From a virus, in IMG/VR virus record IMGVR_UViG_3300032373_000053, positions 1-37,534 of that record: a stretch of 37,534 nt of DNA; one strand, written 5' to 3'. Shown one piece after another: positions 27,084 to 34,309 of this stretch. A program made the translations under genes and the position numbers. Within the stretch, counting starts at the first letter, position 1. Every line of letters starts with the position of its first letter. The notes under the pieces were generated by a model, which did no database searches, was not told where the DNA came from, and was given only the letters and a program-made list of their open reading frames with translations.

Positions 27084-27338
27084 TTACCAAAGGTCTTCGC
27101 TGAACAGGTCGCGCGGGTGATCCGCTGTCTCGATCTGCTTGTCGATGAATAGGGCGATGTCGCGGGCTTCGATCCGACCCACGAACCCGCGCTCGCTGTC
27201 GATGAAACCCTGATCGCCCCGGATAGGCGTCGGTAGGCCGACATTCTCGGCCATGTGGTGAATGATGTTGTGATGACGCGCTGGTGCCGGTAGTGCGTAC
27301 ACCTTGCCGTCAAATAAAATCGCCGCTGCAACTATCAT
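27084..27338 (-). CDS. Hypothetical protein (84 aa)
   Basis: TAAACGAGGGAATCAATCCG precedes the ATG. The protein ends LFSEDLW. Confidence 0.65.
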   Translation of the reverse strand: MIVAAAILFDGKVYALPAPARHHNIIHHMAENVGLPTPIRGDQGFIDSERGFVGRIEARDIALFIDKQIETADHPRDLFSEDLW

Positions 27339-27355
27339 CGGATTGATTCCCTCGT

Positions 27356-27697
27356 TTAGCTGTTGCTGATTTCGACACGTTCAGGCAGATCAGATCGCCA
27401 GGATCCAATCTCGGTCACTCGAACGTCATCGGGCCACTGGCCAGTTAGTTGCCCGTGTGCGTGAGCGCGAATGCGTCGAGCGGTTGCGACGGCGGTTGGT
27501 TGGTGGGGGCTGCAATACCGTTCGATCTGGTGACACTCGGCAACAACAACTTTTAAGGCGTCAATCTCACGACGCCGCTTGATCCGGTCGAGTGTTTCAC
27601 GAATACACCAGCCGATCCCCGTTAAGGCGGCGGAGGCAATGAATATCATGCCCAATGCAAGGCCGAGATAAAGAAAAAAACCGCTAAATATTTCCAT
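27356..27697 (-). CDS. Membrane-anchored protein (113 aa)
   Basis: N-terminal hydrophobic segment FSGFFLYLGLALGMIFIASAALTGIGW. Confidence 0.65.
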   Translation of the reverse strand: MEIFSGFFLYLGLALGMIFIASAALTGIGWCIRETLDRIKRRREIDALKVVVAECHQIERYCSPHQPTAVATARRIRAHAHGQLTGQWPDDVRVTEIGSWRSDLPERVEISNS

Positions 27698-27712
27698 AAA
27701 ATCAAACCCTGG

Positions 27713-27901
27713 TTATGGTTTTAGAACGATAGCCGCAGCGATAGCGCACATTCCGTAGAAAATGCTTTCAGCAGTCGACCATGATTTAATGGTGTCGGCA
27801 GTCGGGAATTCCACCGCGATGCCAGCGGCAACAGCAATCACCAGCGCCAGAACGACAACTGCGATAGCTGCAAATTTCCAGTATTTTATAAGAATATCCA
27901 T
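27713..27901 (-). CDS. Small two-helix membrane protein (62 aa)
   Basis: FAAIAVVVLALVIAVAAGIAV and IFYGMCAIAAAIVL. Confidence 0.6.
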   Translation of the reverse strand: MDILIKYWKFAAIAVVVLALVIAVAAGIAVEFPTADTIKSWSTAESIFYGMCAIAAAIVLKP

Positions 27902-27925
27902 TTTCTATCATCCGCTCGTTATCGC

Positions 27926-28444
27926 TCAGGCGATGTGCCTGACTCGCTCCCACATCTCGTTTTTCTCTTGGTCTGCTTTGTTGACCTGCGCGACAAGTGA
28001 CGCGACCTGATCTTCCAGGTCGAGGACTCGTTGATCCTTAATCAGATCGGCGTGAGCGTTTGCGATGTCGCGACGCAGCTTGACCGCGCCTTGCTCGAAC
28101 AACCGCCCGTGGATTACTGGATGCCACTCGTGTTGCTCGCGTTCGCGCATCACTGTCGGGCTGTCGCTACGGCCCGTCCAATAACCTCGGTCACAGCCGA
28201 GATAGCGCACCATTTCACCCTGGTTTCCCTGAAGGATCGCTTCGACGGTTCTCCGCGCCATGTCTTCGACGAAACTAACGAGATCAGGGGCGAGCTCATC
28301 TCTGACGTAGTAACGCATCTCGTCGGCAAACTCTCCGGCGAGATCGCGCATTTTCTTCTGAAACTTCTTGATCGCGTCGTCAGGCATTCCCGCCGCAAGG
28401 ACGCTTTCAAGCCTTTGGCTTAGTTCGGCATTGATGTTGTTCAT
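27926..28444 (-). CDS. Hypothetical protein (172 aa)
   Basis: TAAACGAGCCAATAGGAGAACGAAG precedes the ATG. Confidence 0.7.
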   Translation of the reverse strand: MNNINAELSQRLESVLAAGMPDDAIKKFQKKMRDLAGEFADEMRYYVRDELAPDLVSFVEDMARRTVEAILQGNQGEMVRYLGCDRGYWTGRSDSPTVMREREQHEWHPVIHGRLFEQGAVKLRRDIANAHADLIKDQRVLDLEDQVASLVAQVNKADQEKNEMWERVRHIA

Positions 28445-28466
28445 CTTCGTTCTCCTATTGGCTCGT

Positions 28467-28670
28467 TTACGATGTTTGCTCGTTCGAAAGCGGAAGCCAT
28501 TTGACAGGCATATTTCGCTTCTCGCCGTCTCGATAAACCCAGCGTCGCAATTTCCGCGACCAGTGGCCTATGCTCCAAAGTCCGTTGACGTGACCAAGAT
28601 TGATCTCGGTGCCGTCCCGTGGGACGTCATACATATCTCGCATATCCTCGTGAGGTCCGCGCATTTTCAT
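28467..28670 (-). CDS. Hypothetical Trp-rich protein (67 aa), possibly DUF551-like
   Basis: TAACGAGGGTATGACCG precedes the ATG. The C-terminal VKWLPLSNE resembles the DUF551 tail. This is weak. Confidence 0.55.
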   Translation of the reverse strand: MKMRGPHEDMRDMYDVPRDGTEINLGHVNGLWSIGHWSRKLRRWVYRDGEKRNMPVKWLPLSNEQTS

Positions 28671-28688
28671 CGGTCATACCCTCGTTAG

Positions 28689-28901
28689 TCAGGTTGTTGG
28701 CTGGTCAATATAGAACGGCTCTAACACATGCGGCGGCGGGATACTCTCAGCGCCGCAGCAAACGCACTGAAACGCCGGACTCCATTTATAAAGAACATTC
28801 GACGCCATGCCGTTTTGCCGCCATCCGTGCATGCAAGTGGTGTCACCTCGGTAAACATGCTTGTCTAATACTTTCTGCAATTCGGTTCGCGCGGTATCCA
28901 T
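28689..28901 (-). CDS. Hypothetical Cys-rich protein (70 aa)
   Basis: TAAACGAGGATTGACGCA precedes the ATG. Contains TTCMHGW...FQCVCCG. Confidence 0.6.
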   Translation of the reverse strand: MDTARTELQKVLDKHVYRGDTTCMHGWRQNGMASNVLYKWSPAFQCVCCGAESIPPPHVLEPFYIDQPTT

Positions 28902-28916
28902 TGCGTCAATCCTCGT

Positions 28917-29138
28917 TTACGCTGTTAAGTCTGAAAGTTGGACGGGCGGCAAATCACACCATTTGGTGATAGGCCAGCCGTCCCCATCGCGCGGGACGCT
29001 TTCGGCGTCGGCGTAACAATCGGGACATATTGGCTGCCCCTCATACTTCTTCACCATGTCGAGGGGATAACTCACTTCCTCGGCGCAATAGTCGTTTTGG
29101 CAGACGACGAGTGATTGAATTTTAGGTGTGTCAGTCAT
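28917..29138 (-). CDS. 73-aa Cys4 protein, paralog B
   Basis: MTDTPKIQSLVVCQNDYCAEEVSYPLDMVKKYEGQPICPDCYADAESV... Same length and cysteine spacing as 26844..27065. Confidence 0.7.
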   Translation of the reverse strand: MTDTPKIQSLVVCQNDYCAEEVSYPLDMVKKYEGQPICPDCYADAESVPRDGDGWPITKWCDLPPVQLSDLTA

Positions 29139-29153
29139 TTGCGTATCCGCTCG

Positions 29154-29654
29154 TTATTGGTTTGCAGATTGTTCGACCATGCGACGGGCAATCGAATAAA
29201 GGATAGCCATCTCAGCCGAATGGTTCCGTTCTTTGAACACATGCGCGCGGCCCGATTTTGGCTCATGCACGATGATCTTATTCGCCTCTTGGTCCCACGA
29301 AGTTTTCACGGATTTGGGTGAACCTTTGATGATGCGCACCCTGTCGTTCGCGACCTCTAATAGGCCCCACCCCTCCGGCAGATCATGAGCGCTTAATAAG
29401 CCCGCTGGGGTCATGTACCAACGGTGCGAACCTATCGATTTTTCCGGGGTGCTCTGGTGATGTTTCTTGCGATCCGCGCGGAAGTCCGACCGGGACACTT
29501 TGCATTCGATCAGCCATGTCTCTAGGCCGAAGTTTCGAAATCCGATAGCATCGGGCTGCTGAGATGTGCCCGTCGCTATCTCGGACGCGGTGACGGAGCA
29601 CCCGTTCGATTTCAGCCACCTTTCAGCCCGTTCACAAAGCTCTGCATGTGTCAT
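29154..29654 (-). CDS. PD-(D/E)XK nuclease-fold protein, MmcB-like (166 aa)
   Basis: QPDAIGF...WLIECKVSRSDFRADRKK fits the D...(D/E)xK core. I prefer ATG 29654 (MTHAELCERAERWL), which is preceded by TAAACGAGGGTATGATCCG, where TAA is the stop of the upstream gene. Confidence 0.55.
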   Translation of the reverse strand: MTHAELCERAERWLKSNGCSVTASEIATGTSQQPDAIGFRNFGLETWLIECKVSRSDFRADRKKHHQSTPEKSIGSHRWYMTPAGLLSAHDLPEGWGLLEVANDRVRIIKGSPKSVKTSWDQEANKIIVHEPKSGRAHVFKERNHSAEMAILYSIARRMVEQSANQ

Positions 29655-29670
29655 CGGATCATACCCTCGT

Positions 29671-29898
29671 TTAGTGTGTGAGTGCTTCGATGCGGACGCG
29701 TACAACGTCTCGGCCATCGCTGGTCTGCTTCCAAACCCGCTCTATGATTGCGTCGGTGTCGGAAGCGAGGATCGGAAGACCACAATTTGCGACCAGATGA
29801 TTAACCTTCGCCGCTCGCTCTGTCGGGCTTACGGTACGAACATCGATCTCAGTGCCGTGCTGAACGGCAAACCCGTATGCTGTGTCTGTCATGGTCAT
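29671..29898 (-). CDS. Hypothetical protein (73-75 aa)
   Basis: TAACCAGGGTATGACCATG. By analogy with two sister linkers, the second ATG (29892) may be the real start. Confidence 0.6.
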   Translation of the reverse strand: MTMTDTAYGFAVQHGTEIDVRTVSPTERAAKVNHLVANCGLPILASDTDAIIERVWKQTSDGRDVVRVRIEALTH

Positions 29899-29905
29899 AC
29901 CCTGG

Positions 29906-30154
29906 TTAGCGTTCTATCTTTTCCAGCAGCATTTGCTTCTGGTGTTCCAATTCTCCGATAGCCGACATGAGGGGTAATTTATCGTCATCACCGGACATGC
30001 CGCCTATCGTAAATTCTCCGTCCCGCCCCGTACCGATCAGGACAATCGAAACCAAATCGCCGTCGCGTGCCATCTGTAAGGCGTGCTCAAGACTTGCAAT
30101 TAGGTTGCTTCCAGGAAATGCGGGTCGAATTACGTTCTCAGTCATCTGGCGCAT
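29906..30154 (-). CDS. Hypothetical protein (79-82 aa)
   Basis: It overlaps the end of the upstream gene. An alternative start is ATG 30145 (ATGACTGA overlap). Confidence 0.6.
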   Translation of the reverse strand: MRQMTENVIRPAFPGSNLIASLEHALQMARDGDLVSIVLIGTGRDGEFTIGGMSGDDDKLPLMSAIGELEHQKQMLLEKIER

Positions 30155-30359
30155 CTTTAATCATGTGACGCACCATGTTGACTGCGTCATCGTACCCAAA
30201 AAGATTAGTGCCGGTTGGCTCATGCCGCATTGGATGCGGTGTGTTTTCGTTGAACATCGGCTGAAAACTAATCCCTGCGTCCGGGTTAAAGTCTTCGGGC
30301 AATTTCCAATTCAAAAAGCGTTCCGCCATATGTTTTATCTGTGCTTCGTTCATTTTCAT
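30138..30359 (-). CDS. Hypothetical protein (73 aa)
   Basis: CTAACGAGCCAATAGGAGA precedes ATGAAAATG. First gene after the 180-bp internal intergenic region. Confidence 0.65.
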   Translation of the reverse strand: MKMNEAQIKHMAERFLNWKLPEDFNPDAGISFQPMFNENTPHPMRHEPTGTNLFGYDDAVNMVRHMIKDAPDD

Positions 30360-30442
30360 TCTCCTATTGGCTCGTTAGATGTTTCTCAAAACTCATGTGT
30401 CGTTTCGCCGATGTGGCGGTTTCCTTGATGTCTCTCAAAATG

Positions 30443-30470
30443 GGGGTCGATTCCGTTTGCCGTTGACCCC
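30443..30470. promoter_or_regulatory. GC hairpin nested in an 8-bp inverted repeat, flanked by 14-bp direct repeats
   Basis: GGGGTC (30443-30448) pairs with GACCCC (30465-30470). The outer inverted repeat is GTCTCTCA (30430-30437) and TGAGAGAC (30480-30487). The direct repeats are GATGTTTCTCAAAA (30378-30391) and GATGTCTCTCAAAA (30427-30440). Confidence 0.45.
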
Positions 30471-30541
30471 TGTTTTTCGTGAGAGACCATTGTGAGGCAG
30501 CAAGCGGGCCTGTTCAGCACGCAATTCTTCCAACAGACAGT

Positions 30542-30802
30542 TCATTGTTTTTCCTCCGGGTCACAAACGGAGGTCTGGCCCACTAGCGGTTCATCAAGGG
30601 CGCGTCGTGCGATGTTTTTGTATTCAAACGCTTGAGCGCCGTAGACCCCTTCGCCTACCGCAATCTCATTCAACGCATCCCGCAGCCGTTCAATCTCATC
30701 GGCTGCTTGCCACACAAGAAACTTTTCTTTCTTAGTCCACCCATCTGACGCTGCCAAAACACGGGCGTTATGTCGCAACTTATCTTGCAATGTGTCAGTC
30801 AT
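30542..30802 (-). CDS. Hypothetical protein (86 aa)
   Basis: ORF track entry, in the same orientation as the operon. Confidence 0.6.
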   Translation of the reverse strand: MTDTLQDKLRHNARVLAASDGWTKKEKFLVWQAADEIERLRDALNEIAVGEGVYGAQAFEYKNIARRALDEPLVGQTSVCDPEEKQ

Positions 30803-30832
30803 CGCTCTGACCTTTCGCGTTAATGGAGGTCT

Positions 30833-31225
30833 TCATGCCGCCCGCCTGTCGTCTGGGTGGGGCAGACGTATGCCAAGCTCCGCCGCCTGCCTGTCAATGT
30901 GGTTGAGGTATTCCGACATCTCTTCGACCTTGAGGCGCTTTGTGGAGTAGGTTTCCATTGGCCCATCTGGCCCCTCTGTCACAACAGGCTTAAGGAACCG
31001 CCGCATTAGCGTTTCGTGCATTTCATCTTTGGTGTAGCCGAGCGTTTTCCCTATTAAACTCAACCAATCCCAATAAAGATTGTTTTGCTCCAATGAGCGG
31101 TTTTTCTTGTAGGAGCGAATAACCACTTCAACGGGATTGTCTGGCCCGTAGTTGATCGCGTTAAGCCTGCGTATGGCTTCGTCACGGTGTCGTGGTTCTC
31201 GGATGATGATGGAATGGTTCACCAC
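30833..31225 (-). CDS. ninB: NinB/Orf-like recombination mediator (130 aa; GTG start)
   Basis: [26 protein letters not shown] and [26 protein letters not shown] parallel lambda Orf (IQERNRSLDQNRKLWACLGDV and STSRMRVGEFAELLELIQAFG). It overlaps the ssb stop. Confidence 0.65.
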   Translation of the reverse strand: MVNHSIIIREPRHRDEAIRRLNAINYGPDNPVEVVIRSYKKNRSLEQNNLYWDWLSLIGKTLGYTKDEMHETLMRRFLKPVVTEGPDGPMETYSTKRLKVEEMSEYLNHIDRQAAELGIRLPHPDDRRAA

Positions 31226-31662
31226 GGTATCTCATCATCTAAATTCGCATCGTCTTGTGGGGCGGGACCACTCTCACCACCTGCGCTGTCACGTTGTGGC
31301 TGTTCACCGTTCCGAGCGTCCAGCATCGTCATGACGCCGTTGAACTTCGGAATGACTACCTCGGTGGTGTATTTTTCTTGGCCGCTGTTGTCGGTCCACT
31401 TGCGGGTTTGCAAAGTGCCTTCGACGTAAATCTTTGAACCCTTCTTGAGATACTTCTCACAGGTGTCCGCTATGCGTTCATCGAAGCAAACAACGCGATG
31501 CCATTCCGTCTTTTCCCTGCGCTCGCCAGATGATTTGTCACGCCAGCTTTCAGAAGTCGCTACGGATAGATTGCAAATCTTTTGACCATTCTGGGTGGTT
31601 CGAATTTCTGGATCACGTCCTAGATTGCCAACCAAAATCACTTTGTTAACTGAGCCTGACAT
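31219..31662 (-). CDS. ssb: Single-stranded DNA-binding protein (147 aa)
   Basis: [40 protein letters not shown]...TEWHRVVCF forms the OB fold. The acidic tail is DDEIPW. Start ATG 31662 (TAATG overlap). Confidence 0.9.
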   Translation of the reverse strand: MSGSVNKVILVGNLGRDPEIRTTQNGQKICNLSVATSESWRDKSSGERREKTEWHRVVCFDERIADTCEKYLKKGSKIYVEGTLQTRKWTDNSGQEKYTTEVVIPKFNGVMTMLDARNGEQPQRDSAGGESGPAPQDDANLDDEIPW

Positions 31663-32408
31663 TAAGCAGCTTCCTTCTGTTTTACGCGCTCGCACGCTTG
31701 TTCCATTGTTGCCTTTAGACCTGGGCAATTAGGGGTTCCTCGCCACCAGTCCGGCAGGTGGTCCACGATAATTTGTAGGGTTGGCTTAAAGCCATCTACG
31801 AGTGCGGCGTAATCCTCTTGGGTTTGGCAATCGGCTAAACTTGCTACAAACGTGCCTTGCTCCTTTTTAAGGCTGGACACGGAGAACCCATCGGGTAGAC
31901 CATTTCGATTATCGTGTTGTTGTGCGGGTTCCGCCTGACCATCGTCTTCGCTGTGCAGATCGCCTTTATGCCAAAGGTCTAAAGCAGCACCGAAGCGCAT
32001 TGCCGCGTTACGAAGGGCGTCCCCGATCACTTCCTTGATTGCGTCACCGCCTTTTTTATCGCCAGCATGGCCGTAACCGAGCCGCGTTTGACCGCAGACG
32101 GTAAGTTTAATCCAAAGCCCACCGACGTTATCAAAGGCTGGCAAACCGTTCTCATTTTGACCAACTGGCGCCCAATTCCAGAGGGGATCAGCTTCGAGCA
32201 ATCGGTCTGTTAGCGCGGCATGGCCGACGTAATCCAGGTGGACCACTTGTGGATGGTGCCATCCACCGCACTCTGTACAGCGAACACCTTTTTTGAAGTC
32301 GGCCTTAACATCTTCTGTTTGCCGCTTGGTAGGCTTTGGCAATTTGCTGACTTGGTTCGCCGGGAACGGCTCACGCAGCAACTCAAGCCCTGTTTTGTTA
32401 TCAGTCAT
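31662..32408 (-). CDS. Rad52/Sak-like single-strand annealing protein (248 aa)
   Basis: [22 protein letters not shown]...[18 protein letters not shown]...[19 protein letters not shown] fits the Rad52-type SSAP pattern. It lies next to ssb. Confidence 0.6.
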   Translation of the reverse strand: MTDNKTGLELLREPFPANQVSKLPKPTKRQTEDVKADFKKGVRCTECGGWHHPQVVHLDYVGHAALTDRLLEADPLWNWAPVGQNENGLPAFDNVGGLWIKLTVCGQTRLGYGHAGDKKGGDAIKEVIGDALRNAAMRFGAALDLWHKGDLHSEDDGQAEPAQQHDNRNGLPDGFSVSSLKKEQGTFVASLADCQTQEDYAALVDGFKPTLQIIVDHLPDWWRGTPNCPGLKATMEQACERVKQKEAA

Positions 32409-32416
32409 TGCGCCAC

Positions 32417-33217
32417 CTATGCCGCTGTTTTGATTTCGTTGATTTGAAAGCCTGGAATGTCGCGTTTGCCTGCCCGCACGTCCTTCTGTGCGAGTTCCAT
32501 AAAGAACGCTTCCAATTCCTTTTGATTATGAACCCAGTAATGCCGGGCCGCTTCTTTTGCGTCGGTCAGCACTGGCTCATACGATGTTCGCAGGGACACA
32601 GCCCGACCAACACCGCCCGATGATTTAGCTTTGTCGCGTGACGCAATGTTCGCGACGGTTTCCGCTTTCTTGGCCTCTTTCAGAAGGCGCTCAGCCTCTT
32701 CACGCTTAGCCAAGTCGTCCGCCTTAGATTGTCGCATGGCCTCTTCTGCGATACGTCGCTTTTCGTCGGCTTCTTCGCGGGCCTTGCGCTCTTTCTCACG
32801 CTTCTCGACTTCGATCTTTTCCAACCACGGGGCGAGTGCTGCCTTACACCCCTGTGTGATGTGATCGGCGCGGCTCAAGACTGGATTGTATCGCGCCTGA
32901 ACCTCTTTCTTGCCGTCATCAAAGGGCTTTGCTTCGGCCTTTCTAGCTTCGTCTGTTTCCTTTTTTGCCGAACGTACAAGGTTCAACAGCTTTGAAATTT
33001 GGTCTGCCGTGCCTTGGTTCTCGACCTTCTCGCCATCAAGCCAATTGCGGGCTTCGTCGTATAGGTCATTCATGCGACCTTCGACGGCTTCAAAGTCTGT
33101 GCTGGCTGGCGGCATGTTATGCCCCATTGTTGCTTCGCTCATTTCCATCTCCATTGGTATTGTTGTTGGTTCCGGCATGTCTTCGTCCCATGCACAGGGC
33201 GCTTCGCTCTTATCCAT
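32417..33217 (-). CDS. Hypothetical charged coiled-coil protein (266 aa)
   Basis: Start ATG 33217 (MDKSEAP) is preceded by CAAGGGGATTGGTG. The central region is KEKRE-rich (EKIEVEKREKERKAREEADEKRRIAEEAMRQ). The track's N-terminal extension to 33376 is R/H/W-rich and looks non-coding. Confidence 0.6.
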   Translation of the reverse strand: MDKSEAPCAWDEDMPEPTTIPMEMEMSEATMGHNMPPASTDFEAVEGRMNDLYDEARNWLDGEKVENQGTADQISKLLNLVRSAKKETDEARKAEAKPFDDGKKEVQARYNPVLSRADHITQGCKAALAPWLEKIEVEKREKERKAREEADEKRRIAEEAMRQSKADDLAKREEAERLLKEAKKAETVANIASRDKAKSSGGVGRAVSLRTSYEPVLTDAKEAARHYWVHNQKELEAFFMELAQKDVRAGKRDIPGFQINEIKTAA

Positions 33218-33357
33218 CACCAATCCCCTTGAATGTCTGCATGACGGGCTATGGTCTTTGTTCCATCCATGAGTGTGATGTTCCACCAGTCGCCATGAGC
33301 CTTGCTGGTTACGGTGCCTTTTCCTGCACCAATAACGATGACTATTGCGCCAATCAT
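33217..33357 (-). CDS. Micro-protein (46 aa) with a hydrophobic N-terminus
   Basis: Translation is MIGAIVIVIGAGKGTVTSKAHGDWWNITLMDGTKTIARHADIQGDW. ATGA overlap upstream and TGATG overlap downstream. Absent from the track (under 60 aa). Confidence 0.4.
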   Translation of the reverse strand: MIGAIVIVIGAGKGTVTSKAHGDWWNITLMDGTKTIARHADIQGDW

Positions 33358-33512
33358 AACGGCCACCGCGAGTCATAAATTATAGCCAGTGCGGTTGCGG
33401 TGATTGCGCCAAACCCGAGAGTGAACGCAGCCAATCCGATGTAGAACTTACGGTCCTCGTTTTGCCTACTTTTAGGCTTGCGGGGTTTCTCTGATATGGA
33501 TGAGGGGGTCAT
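33354..33512 (-). CDS. Micro-protein (52 aa) with one transmembrane helix
   Basis: Translation is MTPSSISEKPRKPKSRQNEDRKFYIGLAAFTLGFGAITATALAIIYDSRWPL. ATGA overlaps on both sides. Confidence 0.45.
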   Translation of the reverse strand: MTPSSISEKPRKPKSRQNEDRKFYIGLAAFTLGFGAITATALAIIYDSRWPL

Positions 33513-33829
33513 GCGTCACCCCTTGCCTTAGCGATGGCGGCGTCACGCATATGGAGGAATGTTTGGAGGTCGCCACCACCACGCATGCACTCGACTTGAT
33601 ACTCCAGCGCTTCCAACAACTCCGGCGCGGCGGCTATTAGGCGAGCGTTGGCTCTATCTTCCTCGCCAAGATGAAAGTCGTCGCCCGCGCCCACTGACGG
33701 CTGCACATGGGCTATTGACTTAAATTCTTTCGACGGACACTCGCCAAATGCAATCTCAATGATAGGGATGTCTTCTGGGCACTCGTCTTCGCATAGAATA
33801 TACCAAGGTCCTGGCGTGTGGGCGCTCAT
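33509..33829 (-). CDS. Hypothetical protein (106 aa)
   Basis: GPW...ANARLIAAAPELLEALE is a motif I recall recurring in uncharacterised phage proteins. Confidence 0.65.
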   Translation of the reverse strand: MSAHTPGPWYILCEDECPEDIPIIEIAFGECPSKEFKSIAHVQPSVGAGDDFHLGEEDRANARLIAAAPELLEALEYQVECMRGGGDLQTFLHMRDAAIAKARGDA

Positions 33830-34080
33830 GCTGTCCTCACAGGCATGTATTGGTTCATCATCATGCGCCGCACTTCGGCGTCGATAGCCCGCTCTGCCGG
33901 GCTGGACATATCGCCAGCAATGGAGTCGGGATCGTTCGCCGTCTCCATGTCACCGATTAAAGTCTCGAACTGTCCGGTAATGTCGGCAGCTTCCAACTTG
34001 TGCCAGATCGGGTGATCCGGGTGGATACCCTTGATTGACTTGAATGTCGCTTTAAGCTGTGTGATTTCTGCGTCGAGCAT
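33826..34080 (-). CDS. Hypothetical protein (84 aa)
   Basis: AAGGATAGACAG precedes the ATG. ATGA overlap downstream. Confidence 0.65.
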   Translation of the reverse strand: MLDAEITQLKATFKSIKGIHPDHPIWHKLEAADITGQFETLIGDMETANDPDSIAGDMSSPAERAIDAEVRRMMMNQYMPVRTA

Positions 34081-34096
34081 CTGTCTATCCTTTTAT

Positions 34097-34309
34097 TTAG
34101 CCTTCGCCGTCGCCGGAGCCGCCGCCGCGGCCGTAGCCGTAGCCGTCGCCGGAGCCGTCGCCGTCGCCGTCGCCGTAGCCGGAGCCGTAGCCGTAGCCGT
34201 AGCCGTAGCCGTAGCCGTCGCCGGAGCCGTCGCCGCGGCCGTAGCCGTAGCCGTAGCCGGAGCCGTAGCCGTCGCCGGAGCCGGAGCCGGAACCGTTACG
34301 CGGGTTCAT
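34097..34309 (-). CDS. Gly/Tyr/Asp/Ser low-complexity protein (70 aa)
   Basis: Translation is MNPRNGSGSGSGDGYGSGYGYGYGRGDGSGDGYGYGYGYGYGSGYGDGDGDGSGDGYGYGRGGGSGDGEG. Same strand as all its neighbours. It overlaps the upstream gene by 14 nt and stops 16 nt before the next ATG. Confidence 0.55.
   Translation of the reverse strand: MNPRNGSGSGSGDGYGSGYGYGYGRGDGSGDGYGYGYGYGYGSGYGDGDGDGSGDGYGYGRGGGSGDGEG
34103..34290. repeat. Hexanucleotide tandem array (GCCGTA/GCCGTC/GCCGGA units)
   Basis: About 30 consecutive 6-nt units are visible at 34103-34290. Confidence 0.9.

Noticed and set aside
29655-29717. The N-terminal extension of track ORF 29154..29717.
   Set aside because: It would overlap the upstream gene by 47 nt. 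ATG 29654 sits at the standard distance behind the TAAACGAGGG linker, as in sister junctions.
33218-33376. The N-terminal extension of track ORF 32417..33376.
   Set aside because: Its R/H/W/C-rich sequence is atypical for protein. A good RBS precedes the internal ATG 33217, and two coupled micro-ORFs explain the interval better.
34103-34290. Could the regular short repeats be a CRISPR array?
   Set aside because: The unit is only 6 nt, with no spacers of unique sequence. It is a coding microsatellite-like array, not repeat-spacer architecture.
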